DNA of 64,000 bases from a virus (taxonomy: Duplodnaviria; Caudoviricetes): IMG/VR virus record IMGVR_UViG_3300021387_001585, positions 32,001 to 96,000 of that record. One strand, given 5' to 3'. Positions within the stretch are counted from its first letter, which is position 1; every line of letters begins with the position of its first letter. Below are positions 36,424 through 46,104 of the stretch, piece by piece. The position numbers and the translations under genes were made by a program. A model generated the notes under the pieces. The model saw nothing but the letters and a program-made list of their open reading frames with translations, was not told the origin of the DNA and did no database searches.

Positions 36424-37893
36424 TTAAAATTCTTCCATAATGGGGTTAGAGGTGACGGCGGGCTGCTGGGCTGCGGCAGCCGACGGGTCGGGCGAGGCGA
36501 TTTCCTCGGCGGGTGTGAACCCACGGAGTCCCGGTAGTTCCTTGTCAAAAAACGCGTTCAGACAGCGGCATGCCCAATGCTGCACATCATTGCGAGGCTG
36601 GCGCATATTGATATCAATAAGATGGTTGAGCTTATCAAGCAGCAAATCATGGTCGCCTGGCTGCAACTGGCGAATGTAACCGTTGATTTGTTCAGCCTTC
36701 AACGCCAATCGGTCTTTCATCAGACGGCGGGCCTCAATTTCCTTGGCAGATGCTTCTTTATTCTCATAGAGCTCGCGGCCCAGGTCAAAGATGGTCAGTG
36801 TAAACTCCACCTGCATAGGCACCTTTCCTTTTGCCCTGCCATCAGCAAAGATGGCGCGGTAGTCGAAGGTAAAGTCGGCTATCTCTCGGGCGGAGAGGTC
36901 GTCGAGTTCTTTCTTGGCCTGAGCAAGGTAGCGTTTGGCAAACTCAGAATAGTAGGAATACTTCTCACTGCACTTCCGGCGAGCAGCATCCATGTACGGC
37001 TCTTTCGCAGAAGGCTTCAGCCGTTCCCATGCTTCGCCGTCGGCCTTTGCCAACTTAACAGCCATTGCTTCCACGTCCTCTCCGTTGACAATCTTGCCAT
37101 CCTGGGAATTGAATAGCCCGCACACGCTACGTACTTCCATATAGTCGGCAGAGAAGATGATGCGTCCTACAGTACGTTCTATGCCGTCAGGCTGCCGCTC
37201 GATAACTTCCTGCATCTGTTCTTTCCTGATGCCTCGCCATTTAGAAAGCCACTTATAGAGACGGTTGGCCGTGGCGGTCTTGGTGTGTCGGGTGGTAGGA
37301 AAGTAAAACTGAGTGTAACCAGAATCGGTCAGCAGAAAGTTATGCTGTAAGATTTCGCTGCGAATGCGTATCTTCACCTCGTTGCGCTTCAGGTTGTTAG
37401 ACTTTACCACGTACTTCTGCCCGGTCTTTGGGTCAACAGTCTCATGGGTGTCGTACTCCTGAATAACATCAATCAGGTTTGTAGTGAGCACCCCGTCCTC
37501 GGAATGGACTTCAGCCTTTATGTCCTGCAGTCCCTTGATGACTTCTCGAAGCTCCGCATAATGACGCGGTGTGATTCCCGGCAGGTCACGAAAGCGAATG
37601 GTAGCGATGAAGTCCCCCTCCCGCTCAAAGTCGCTGACGCGGTCAGACGTGACAAGGTAGGCGTCGTCGTTGTTGAAGTTGAGCATGAGTTGCGTGCCAG
37701 CCTGCCTATTCTCTTTCCGTTTGGCGGCAGCATAGAACGGCTGCAACGCCCACACCAGTTCATCCATGGCCCGCTCAGAATAAAGCGTAGGAGCCATGTG
37801 CAGATCGGTAATCTGGTTTGGCTGAGTCGAAAGGCTTTTCCCGTCTTTGTCGAAAACAATATCAGGAGCCTTGCTTTTTGGTTTTCTTCCCAT
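36424..37893 (-). CDS. plasmid-type replication initiator (Rep_3/RepA-like)
   Basis: TQPNQIT, GYTQFY, TANRLYKWLSKWR, KYSYYSEFAKRYLAQAKKELD and ADFTFDY resemble the Rep_3 winged-helix pattern. An iteron array lies directly upstream. Confidence 0.75.
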   Translation of the reverse strand: MGRKPKSKAPDIVFDKDGKSLSTQPNQITDLHMAPTLYSERAMDELVWALQPFYAAAKRKENRQAGTQLMLNFNNDDAYLVTSDRVSDFEREGDFIATIRFRDLPGITPRHYAELREVIKGLQDIKAEVHSEDGVLTTNLIDVIQEYDTHETVDPKTGQKYVVKSNNLKRNEVKIRIRSEILQHNFLLTDSGYTQFYFPTTRHTKTATANRLYKWLSKWRGIRKEQMQEVIERQPDGIERTVGRIIFSADYMEVRSVCGLFNSQDGKIVNGEDVEAMAVKLAKADGEAWERLKPSAKEPYMDAARRKCSEKYSYYSEFAKRYLAQAKKELDDLSAREIADFTFDYRAIFADGRAKGKVPMQVEFTLTIFDLGRELYENKEASAKEIEARRLMKDRLALKAEQINGYIRQLQPGDHDLLLDKLNHLIDINMRQPRNDVQHWACRCLNAFFDKELPGLRGFTPAEEIASPDPSAAAAQQPAVTSNPIMEEF

Positions 37894-38015
37894 AAATAAT
37901 TGTTTTTATTTGTTGTAGCATCGGCAAAGGTAAATATTTATTTTCACATATCCAAATATTTTATTGATTATTTTTATTTTGATTATCAATTATTTACAAA
38001 ACACAACTTACATAT

Positions 38016-38691
38016 TTGTCGAAACAAACACCCAAATTTGTCGAAACTAACATGCGGTTTTGTCGAACCAAAAGTATACAGATTTGTCGAAAAGCGCTGA
38101 TATATAAGAACTTGCAGATTTGTCGAAACCGCTATTCTCCGTACTTTTATAAAACACCCAGATTTGTCGAAGATATCCCATGTTTGTCGAAAATACTCTA
38201 AAAGCATACCCGCTACTGTCGAAAAACGCTCCCGTGTCTGTCGAAGCAAATCCCTTAATTGTCGAAAAACGCTCCCACATTTGTCGAAGATTTCCCCGCA
38301 TTTGTCGAAACCAATATTATTAAATCATTGGCTTTTAACCAGTTACGAAGTCAAAAATGTTCCTATATACTTTCTCTTATAATCTTTTCTCGGTATTCTT
38401 TTTCTTTTTATTCTTTTGTTAGTAGGCAATATATAAGAACCAGAATAGCTTTTATTTTTTTAAGAACGAAAAGAAAAGAGGGGGAGGGATTTTGCGAAGA
38501 TGAGAAGTGCTTAATTTTCAATAAGTTATATCAAGATAGGACTTACTGTGCAAACAAGACATTATTCGTTTTCGACAAATCGGGGTGTTTTAAAATACGA
38601 TTTACATTTTCGACAAATCGGGGTGTTCTGCTGCACGTAAGTGTATTGTGTGCGCGTTATCGCATCAGCATTTTTATTTTCGACAAATCGG
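38016..38691. repeat. iteron array / putative replication origin
   Basis: 12 direct YTGTCGAA cores at 38016-38309, mostly 20-24 nt apart; an AT-rich gap; then three inverted TTCGACAAATCGG copies at 38571, 38609 and 38679. Confidence 0.85.
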
Positions 38692-38831
38692 TATTTTTTT
38701 CGCTTGCCCCCTCCCCTACCCCTCCCCCATGGCGGCGGGCAAAAAGGAAACCGCCAGGCAGCGGATGAGAGTTGCTGTCCTGGCGGCTGGCGTAAGAAGG
38801 TAAGAGCGTGTTTGTATGAAGCGGCGTGGTA

Positions 38832-39875
38832 TTAATCGGAGAAAAACTTTTGTCCGTTGCCGTAGAGAAAATCGAGTAGATCGTCGTCGCCTACGATTCG
38901 TGGGATGTGATGTCCGCGTTGTTCTTGGTTTTCGATTTCGATGAGTTTTCTGGGGCCGACGTTACGAGTGCCGGCGATGATGGCAGCCGTCTTGCCGCTG
39001 ATGGAGCTGGTGGGATGGATGCCCATCATCTCCAATGCCAGTTTGATTTCCCGGCGCTCGCAGTTGAACATCCCCGTGAGTGTGACGCTTTTCCCGCGTA
39101 CTGGGTATTCGTGGTTGACGGCCACGCGGTCGAAGTCGATTTCGACGGTTACGCACTCTTTCGACCGGTCGCCCTTATCGTAAACGTCGACAACCTGTTC
39201 GATTCCGCTGCCATCGGTCGACGACAAGACCGCGAACACATTCTCCTCGCCAGACGGGTGTTCAGCGAAATAATCCGTGAAGGCACCCAGTCGGAGAACG
39301 CGCTTTTCCTGCTGTTGCTTGCGCATCATCTCGTTAGACACCGGCACCCCCGACCAGTCAGGCTGCTGTCCTTTGGCAGCGGCAATGACGAGTTTTGCGC
39401 ACATCACTGCGTCGGCTTCAGCATCGTGATGGTTCTTGCAGGGAATGCCTATTGCCATGCAGCATTGCGCGAGTCCGTTGCCTCCATTAGGCGGGCAGTC
39501 TGGCCGTTGATATAAATCGCGGCTGTCATTGATTGACATCCAACTATGGTCGTAGTTACAGTTGTCGAGGTTCTTTTCTATGACGGGCTGCTCCACGCTC
39601 ACTGCGTTGTGTGCCCACAACTGATAATGAAGCAGCATGGGTTGAATTTCCTGCCACACCACATCGAAGGGGGCGGCGTTAGCTGTCATTTCTGGTGTGA
39701 TTTGATGAATGTTTATTAATCGTTCATCGTAGTAGTTGCTTGGCGGCTGAATGAGCCATGAGCGGCTGAGTATGATTTCAAGGTTCTGTACGATGGCGAT
39801 GCCGAACTGGCAGATGTTTTGCTCGCTATCGGCATACTCTACGTCGATGGCGACGAAGTTTTTCTCTGGCTTCAT
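38832..39875 (-). CDS. DEDDh 3'-5' exonuclease (DnaQ-like) with C-terminal BRCT domain
   Basis: FVAIDVE, WAHNA, HHDAEADA; C-terminal GKSVTLTG...SISGKT..IIAG..VGPRKL. Confidence 0.85.
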   Translation of the reverse strand: MKPEKNFVAIDVEYADSEQNICQFGIAIVQNLEIILSRSWLIQPPSNYYDERLINIHQITPEMTANAAPFDVVWQEIQPMLLHYQLWAHNAVSVEQPVIEKNLDNCNYDHSWMSINDSRDLYQRPDCPPNGGNGLAQCCMAIGIPCKNHHDAEADAVMCAKLVIAAAKGQQPDWSGVPVSNEMMRKQQQEKRVLRLGAFTDYFAEHPSGEENVFAVLSSTDGSGIEQVVDVYDKGDRSKECVTVEIDFDRVAVNHEYPVRGKSVTLTGMFNCERREIKLALEMMGIHPTSSISGKTAAIIAGTRNVGPRKLIEIENQEQRGHHIPRIVGDDDLLDFLYGNGQKFFSD

Positions 39876-39899
39876 GATAATATTCCTTTCTTTTTTAGT

Positions 39900-40025
39900 T
39901 TTATTATTGCATAACAACCCTATTGCATTATTGTTTTATTATTTTATTGCAATACGACAATACTAAGTTATTGCAGTATCGCGTTGTTGCAGTATGAGAG
40001 TATTGCGTTACGACTCTATTATTTT
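39900..40025. repeat. TATTGC-type repeat block (parS-like 1)
   Basis: Repeated TATTGC/TATTGT/GCAATA immediately downstream of the par genes. Confidence 0.6.
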
Positions 40026-40389
40026 ATTGTGATAGTGTTTTACGTCCCTTCCATCCGTACTCATTTGGGAGTTTAAGGGCTTCGTCACGTTGTTCGGGAG
40101 TGATGACGCCCTGCTGTTCCAGTCCGAGGAGTATGGTCTCGAAGAAGAACCGCTTTGCTGTCAGGTCGCGGTCTTCGGCGAACCGGGTGGCGAGTCGGTG
40201 GATGGATTTAGGGAGGAAGCACAGGGCGCCGACCGATTTCTCGGCGGCGAGTCCGGTGGGTTGTTCACTTGCAGGACCGGTGTCCCCTACCCTACTTTCC
40301 AATGCTCTTCTGCGCTGCAGGATGTCGTCTGGCGACTCGTTCAGTATCTGCGGCGGTTTTTCTGTTTTTTTCTTGCTGATTGCTGACAT
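40024..40389 (-). CDS. small ParA partner (putative type Ib centromere-binding protein)
   Basis: Directly downstream of parA; low-complexity N-terminus and an RHH-like C-terminus (ALCFLPKSIHRLATRFAEDRDLTAKRFFFETI). Confidence 0.55.
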   Translation of the reverse strand: MSAISKKKTEKPPQILNESPDDILQRRRALESRVGDTGPASEQPTGLAAEKSVGALCFLPKSIHRLATRFAEDRDLTAKRFFFETILLGLEQQGVITPEQRDEALKLPNEYGWKGRKTLSQ

Positions 40390-40392
40390 GAT

Positions 40393-40680
40393 GTTATTGC
40401 TTTATTGGATTATTGTTTTATTGTATTATTAGATTATTGCAATACTGCGTTATTGAATTACTGCTTTATGGCGCGACTGCGTATTCGTTTTGTTTTACGG
40501 TGTTTAGGATTTATTGCCATATTGCCTTATTGCGAGAAGGCCGTATTGTTTTATTTCAATATGGAAGTATTGCAATCATTCCGTAATGTGATAGTGCGTT
40601 ACTGCAATTAGGCGGTAGTTGGTTATTGCTTTATTGTGTTACCGCTTTACCGCCTTACTGCAATTATGTACTATTGCAGT
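40393..40680. repeat. 8-nt-periodic TTATTGNN repeat block (parS-like 2)
   Basis: ttattgct ttattgga ttattgtt ttattgta ttattaga ttattgca atactgcg ttattgaa ttactgct ... Confidence 0.75.
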
Positions 40681-41507
40681 AATGTCTTAGTGCGCTTAAT
40701 GATTTCGTTGGCGAGCATTGTGAACTCTTCTCGTGGAACGTCGGCACGCGGTATGGAGTAGACGCTTGTGAACTCGCGTTGGCTTTTGTTGACAGCCTCT
40801 CGTTCAGAGATGGCGACGGGCAGGATGTCTTTGCCGTACCGGGCCTTCAGTTGTTCCTCGGCCTCGCGTTGTCCTTTGATGTAAGCCTTGCGGCGCGAAA
40901 TGAGGAATCCGAGGTTTTGGAGTTCGTCGTTTTCGCTTTCACGGATTTCCTGGATGTAGGCGAGATAGTTCTGCAGGCCGTTGAGAGCGAATCCCTCGAG
41001 GTTAATGGGGATGAGCACTGCATTGACGGCAATGAGGATGTTGTCGATGAGCACCTGTGGTCCGACGGGCGAGTCAATCAGGATGAAGTCGAAGTCGGTT
41101 GCCCAATCGGTCAGCCCTTCGCCCGTATGGTCGTCAGGAGCTTTCTGTAGTGCGCGTGTCAGCTTCATGGCCGGATTGCGCATGGTAGGCAGCTGCTGGT
41201 CCACCTTATTCATGATGCAGGTAGACGGGCAGTAGTAGAGTCCGGACTTTGAGCGATAGACGGGGATGGGTGCATCTTCGCACAGCACATGATAGATAGT
41301 GGGGTAGTGTTGCAGCTCCATGTCTGGGTCCCAGTCCGTGCAACTTGACAGGTTGGCCTGTCGGTCCATGTCGATGACCATCACACGATAGCCTTGCAAG
41401 TGTAAGGCCATGGCGAGGTTCAGGGTGGTCGTAGTCTTTCCTACGCCTCCCTTGTAGTTGCCGATGCCGATGACGGCACGCAACTGTGTCTTGCGTTTTT
41501 TAGCCAT
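40671..41507 (-). CDS. parA: ParA/Soj partition ATPase
   Basis: NYKGGVGKTTT deviant Walker A, VIDMDRQANLS, DFILIDSP. Confidence 0.92.
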   Translation of the reverse strand: MAKKRKTQLRAVIGIGNYKGGVGKTTTTLNLAMALHLQGYRVMVIDMDRQANLSSCTDWDPDMELQHYPTIYHVLCEDAPIPVYRSKSGLYYCPSTCIMNKVDQQLPTMRNPAMKLTRALQKAPDDHTGEGLTDWATDFDFILIDSPVGPQVLIDNILIAVNAVLIPINLEGFALNGLQNYLAYIQEIRESENDELQNLGFLISRRKAYIKGQREAEEQLKARYGKDILPVAISEREAVNKSQREFTSVYSIPRADVPREEFTMLANEIIKRTKTLLQ

Positions 41508-41629
41508 AATATTGATGTTTTAGAATAATGATGTTTGCTCGCTTGCATAGAGATCGTTGTAGCCAAATCCCTGCATTAAAGCCGTCCCTTACGAAGGGAC
41601 TCTAAATGTAGCGGTGCAAAGATACGAAT

Positions 41630-41720
41630 TATTATTGAATTAATGCAATATTGCAATATAAAATTTGTTAATTATTGCAATATTGCAGTACAACAGTATT
41701 GTAATATTGTTATTGGCATT
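41630..41720. repeat. GCAATATTGC repeat block over the parA promoter (parS-like 3 / operator)
   Basis: gcaatattgcaata, attgcaatattgcag, tattgtaatattgttattg, next to the -7 motif at about 41617. Confidence 0.6.
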
Positions 41721-41801
41721 TCCGCCGTTAGTTTAGTTTGCACTAAACTTTGTTCCAATGCTTTCCTCTCGGCTCGTCTGCCCTTGACTTGAAAGTATTC
41801 T

Positions 41802-42893
41802 ATGGGTATCTTGTCGAAAAAACAACAGACCGAAATCATGGTAAGGAAAATTCAAGTTAATGAGTATCTGAAGCGGTACGACAACATGTCGGCTACTGAG
41901 CGCCAGGCGTTCGCCAGTAGGGTGGGGGAGTGGCTGCAGTCGGCAGGTCGTGCTCTCACAAACCGGGCTGAGGATTTCGATGCCCGTCTGCATAGTGTCC
42001 TATCTGTAAGCGTGGGATGGAACGATGCTGAATGCGAGGCATTCGAAGAAGGTGCGCGACTGCTGAGTGCTTTGTCCGGCAGCGCTGACACGTGGTTGCC
42101 TGACCTGCTGTACAAAAAGGCGGTGAGACGTAGCATTCGCCAGATGGTGAAAGTGTTATCGTCGGTGGTTGGCACGGCAAGTGAACAACGAAAAGTGAAA
42201 AGTGAAGAGTCTGCCGCAACAGACCGGCAACCTACAGAGAAGGCAGCTTCTCAGGGTGAAAAGAGAAATGCGAAAAGTGAAGAGCCTGCCGAGGTGAAGT
42301 CCGCCTCCGTCCCTGTAACGACCGGCGTACCCATCCGGCCGAAGCACATCGACCAGTACGTGCATCTGTTGCCGAAGAAGACGCAGGAGCATGCTGCCGA
42401 GGTGCGCGACCTGCTTCGCCAACTCGACGACGCTCGTGAGAAGGCACGCCTTCTGATGGAGAGCCCGCAGGCCAGCCCTGACAGCCGGGCGCAATGGGCG
42501 AAGCGTGCCGTGCAACTTGACAACAAAGTGCGTGACATCTACCGTGAGCTGGATGCCGAGTGGGAGAAACTGGTGAAGCAGGGTAGGGTAGTGGTCGACA
42601 TTTTCGGCAATGCAGGCCTCACCCCCGACCCCTCTCCAAAAGGCGAGGGGAGTGTGGCCCAAGAGGAGAAGCCAGAACTGACCTCTGAGCAGAAGGCACA
42701 CCGCCGGGAGTTGCGCAAGTGGCTCATCGACACCAGGCGCGGTGCGGAGGGAAAGGCCCGCGAGAAGCGTATCGAGCAGTGGAAGGCTAACTGGAAAGAA
42801 TACATGACGCTGGAGCCTCTGGAGGCCGCGCTGAAGGACGAGAAGGTGGTGGCAGCCGCCAAGCACTTTGGGATTGAGATAGTTGAGAGTTGA
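41802..42893 (+). CDS. hypothetical protein, first gene of the late region
   Basis: 363-aa ORF containing in-frame repeat insertions. Confidence 0.75.
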   Translation: MGILSKKQQTEIMVRKIQVNEYLKRYDNMSATERQAFASRVGEWLQSAGRALTNRAEDFDARLHSVLSVSVGWNDAECEAFEEGARLLSALSGSADTWLPDLLYKKAVRRSIRQMVKVLSSVVGTASEQRKVKSEESAATDRQPTEKAASQGEKRNAKSEEPAEVKSASVPVTTGVPIRPKHIDQYVHLLPKKTQEHAAEVRDLLRQLDDAREKARLLMESPQASPDSRAQWAKRAVQLDNKVRDIYRELDAEWEKLVKQGRVVVDIFGNAGLTPDPSPKGEGSVAQEEKPELTSEQKAHRRELRKWLIDTRRGAEGKAREKRIEQWKANWKEYMTLEPLEAALKDEKVVAAAKHFGIEIVES

Positions 42894-42912
42894 TAGTTTA
42901 AAGTTTAGAGAT

Positions 42913-43404
42913 ATGACATTTCACTCGATAGTCAGGCAGTGGTGCCGGACATACAAGCCGATGAGAGACAGCGAGAAGAATCGGCGTTTTTACCTCACCG
43001 ACTCTATGGCAGGTGTGGTAGAGATGGCGAAAGGCATCAGTAACAGGTTTTCACCCTTCGTGCTGATGGAGAGCAGTGTGGAAGGTTACATGCGGGGAGG
43101 GCTGATGTTCAGAAACTACCCGGTGTATTTCTTTGTCCGTGCTCGTGAGATGGCAGACGGCGATGCCGCCGCAGAGGCGAAGGAAGAGGCGTGGATGCAC
43201 TGCCAGAACTTCCTCACGTGGCTTCGTGTGCGTCACGACAGCGACACGACAAAGGCTCGGGATTTTGAGCGCATTGATCTGGAAGACAATATCGACGTGC
43301 AGACGATTGGCCCGATTGAGAACGGATGGTTTGCCGTACTGGTTCAGTTGGAGCGGTGCGAGCAGACGAATCTCTGCGAGGACGAGGAGTTGTATTGCAA
43401 ATAA
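42913..43404 (+). CDS. hypothetical, possibly tail-completion protein
   Basis: Start MTFHSIV; function inferred from size and position only. Confidence 0.5.
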   Translation: MTFHSIVRQWCRTYKPMRDSEKNRRFYLTDSMAGVVEMAKGISNRFSPFVLMESSVEGYMRGGLMFRNYPVYFFVRAREMADGDAAAEAKEEAWMHCQNFLTWLRVRHDSDTTKARDFERIDLEDNIDVQTIGPIENGWFAVLVQLERCEQTNLCEDEELYCK

Positions 43405-43602
43405 ATAAAAATGATATGGAGAAGAATTGTTTAAACTGCATGCGGGTGTTGCCTATCTACGACGGAATGGAGAGGATAGGGCAGGAATGTATGCGGAACC
43501 CCGGCATGCGGGTGAATGGTCGGATGTCCTGCGAGGAATGGCGCGGCGAGGCGCCTGCGGCGCAAGTTCAAAGTTCAAAGTTCAAAGTTCAAGGTTCAGA
43601 AT

Positions 43603-43950
43603 ATGAAAGAGGACGAGAAAACGCCGAGTAAGGTGACGGACATCGAAGCGTTGAAGAATAATGTGGAGATGGCGGTGGCAGGATTTGCAGAGCGGTGGGC
43701 CTCCATGCCGAAGTTCTCCGAGTTCTGCGAGGTGATGGACCAGCGACAGTTGCGCGACGCGATGGGTCTGCGGGCCACCATCGACGCCGGAGACCCGTGG
43801 CCACAAGCCGAACAACTGTTACTGAAGATGGGTTTCCGTTGGCACTGGCTGGGAAACATACGGGTGATGTATTTGATGGAGCGCGACGACTTTGTGCCGG
43901 ACACCGGATGGGAAGACGGGAAGAGTTTAGAGTTGAGAGTTGAAAGTTGA
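43603..43950 (+). CDS. hypothetical protein
   Basis: Start MKEDEK after a TTCAAAG tandem. Confidence 0.6.
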   Translation: MKEDEKTPSKVTDIEALKNNVEMAVAGFAERWASMPKFSEFCEVMDQRQLRDAMGLRATIDAGDPWPQAEQLLLKMGFRWHWLGNIRVMYLMERDDFVPDTGWEDGKSLELRVES

Positions 43951-44007
43951 GAGTTTTGGTTTTGGCTGCGATGATATCGCAGCAGACGGGACAAGAAACG
44001 AACGACG

Positions 44008-44763
44008 ATGATACGGCTTAACACCATATACAACGAAGACTGCCTCACGGGAATGCGGCGCCTGCCTGACAGGTGCATAGATCTCGTGGTGATGGACCCG
44101 CCGTATGTCATTGGCAACAAGGGTGGTGGTTTCTGGTCGAAGGCTGCGGATGGCAACCATTATAACGCTCGTGGCACACGCAAGGGTATGGAACGCCTGG
44201 AACCGTTGAAGGATGGCTTCGATACTGTTGTTCTTGACGAGTTGTGTCGCGTGATGAAGAAGGTGAACATCTACATCTTCTGCAGTCAGAAACAGATACC
44301 CGTCTACCTCGACTACTTCGTCAACCGGCTGGGTTGCCACTGGAACCTACTCTGCTGGCACAAGACGAACCCTATACCCGCGTGCGGCAACAAGTACCTC
44401 AATGACACAGAGTACATCCTGTTCTTCCGTGAGCGTGGCGTAAAGCTCTACGGCTCTTACAACACGAAACGCACCTTCTACACCTCGCTACGCAATCAGC
44501 AAGACAACCAGCGCTACGGTCATCCGACCGTGAAGCCGCTGCCACTGGTAAGAAACTTCATCGTGAACAGCAGTTGTGCGGGTGGGGTAGTCCTCGACCC
44601 ATTTATGGGTACAGGCACGACGGCCGTGGCGGCAATCGAGGAAGGCTGCTATTACATCGGCTATGAAATCAATGCCGACTACTGCCTCACGGCAGAGGAG
44701 AGAATAAAGGCTGCGATGACATCGCAGCAGACGGAACAAGAAAAGAACGATAGACAAAGATAG
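44008..44763 (+). CDS. orphan N6A/N4C DNA methyltransferase (beta class)
   Basis: DCLTGM, DLVVMDPPY, HPTVKP, VLDPFMGTGTT. Confidence 0.92.
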   Translation: MIRLNTIYNEDCLTGMRRLPDRCIDLVVMDPPYVIGNKGGGFWSKAADGNHYNARGTRKGMERLEPLKDGFDTVVLDELCRVMKKVNIYIFCSQKQIPVYLDYFVNRLGCHWNLLCWHKTNPIPACGNKYLNDTEYILFFRERGVKLYGSYNTKRTFYTSLRNQQDNQRYGHPTVKPLPLVRNFIVNSSCAGGVVLDPFMGTGTTAVAAIEEGCYYIGYEINADYCLTAEERIKAAMTSQQTEQEKNDRQR

Positions 44764-44766
44764 ATT

Positions 44767-45321
44767 ATGGCAAAGATGGAACCATTAGGGAAGTTCATCC
44801 TCTCTTGGGAGGGTGGCTTCGTGAACGACCCGCTGGACCGTGGCGGCGCCACAAACAAAGGAGTGACGTTGGCCACATGGCGAAGGCAGGGCTACGACAA
44901 GAACCACGACGGAAAGATTGACGTGAAGGACCTTAGACTGATCAGCGACCAGGACGCCCTGCAAATCATGAAGAAAAATTACTGGGACCGCTGGAAGGGC
45001 GACCAGATAGCATCGCAGGCTATTGCCAACATCCTTGTAGACTGGGTGTGGGGTAGCGGCGTGTGGGGCATCAAGATTCCGCAGGATATGCTTGGCGTGA
45101 GAGCTGACGGCATCGTAGGCATCCGGACGCTGCAGGCACTTGGCCGTCAGGACCCGAAGAAGTTCTTCGACCGCTTGAAGCAGCGCCGTGTGCAGTATCT
45201 CTACGACATCTGCAAGAGTCGCCCCACCAACCTGCGATACCTGAAAGGATGGCTGCGACGGCTGAATGCCATTAACTACAACAGCCTGACGTGCAACGGC
45301 GGGAAGGTGGTGACGTGGTAG
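44767..45321 (+). CDS. GH108 lysozyme with peptidoglycan-binding domain (endolysin)
   Basis: WEGGFVNDPLDRGGATNKGVT, DGIVGIRTL, YLKGWLRR. Confidence 0.9.
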   Translation: MAKMEPLGKFILSWEGGFVNDPLDRGGATNKGVTLATWRRQGYDKNHDGKIDVKDLRLISDQDALQIMKKNYWDRWKGDQIASQAIANILVDWVWGSGVWGIKIPQDMLGVRADGIVGIRTLQALGRQDPKKFFDRLKQRRVQYLYDICKSRPTNLRYLKGWLRRLNAINYNSLTCNGGKVVTW

Positions 45322-45391
45322 CGGCGCGGTTTGAAGTTTCAGGTTTCAAGTTTCAAGTTTCAGGTGAAAGGTGAAAGATGAAAGGTGAATT

Positions 45392-46051
45392 ATGAGTAGA
45401 GAGAGTGTTATACCGCAAGAGCTGATGACAGGTTCGTTGATGCACTTCGAGAAGGGAGTGCCCATCGACGACTGCAACCTTCGCACGGAGCATCGGCGAA
45501 GGCTGGCACGCGTGGATCACGTCTACTGGCTGTGGAAGCGCAACCCGTTCCTCGACGCTTTCGAATTGTTCAAGCAGCTGGTAAGGGGACAATATGCCGA
45601 CCGTCAGAGCGAATGGCGGGCAGCCCAGAAAGACAAGTGGCTGTTCGACTTCGTCGTGGAGCACATTGCGCCGCCCAGTCGCCGTGAAGACGAGGCGAAA
45701 GTGCGTGCCGCTGCCGAGCAGACCATCCGCATCGGCATGGAGACCGACAACGTGACGGCGCTGACCAAGGGTGGAAAGTTGCTGTACGACGTGGCAGGGC
45801 TGGCCCAACCAGAGAGCGAGCGGGCCGACCTGAGCAAGGCCATGTTCATACCGCCCGTGGTGACGACCGTGGCCAGCGAGATAGACCCGACCAAGGAAGA
45901 TCAGACCGACGAGCAGGCACGGCTTATCATGGATAAGTATAATGCCTACGTGGACGACAAGCGCAAGAGCGTTGACGAGAAGGTGGAGGTGATGATGGCG
46001 AAGCGGAAGGCAGACCCACCCCCAGCCCCTCCCGTGGAGGGAGGGGAGTGA
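45392..46051 (+). CDS. putative terminase small subunit
   Basis: Helical 219-aa protein immediately upstream of TerL; positional inference. Confidence 0.45.
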   Translation: MSRESVIPQELMTGSLMHFEKGVPIDDCNLRTEHRRRLARVDHVYWLWKRNPFLDAFELFKQLVRGQYADRQSEWRAAQKDKWLFDFVVEHIAPPSRREDEAKVRAAAEQTIRIGMETDNVTALTKGGKLLYDVAGLAQPESERADLSKAMFIPPVVTTVASEIDPTKEDQTDEQARLIMDKYNAYVDDKRKSVDEKVEVMMAKRKADPPPAPPVEGGE

Positions 46052-46104
46052 TGAGTGACGGGTTGCGATGATATCGCAACATACAGAACAAGAGAAAGAA
46101 CACC

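Noticed and set aside
37900-38835. ORFs in the iteron region
   Set aside because: Their repetitive FVE/CRK/FDK peptides are translations of the iterons.
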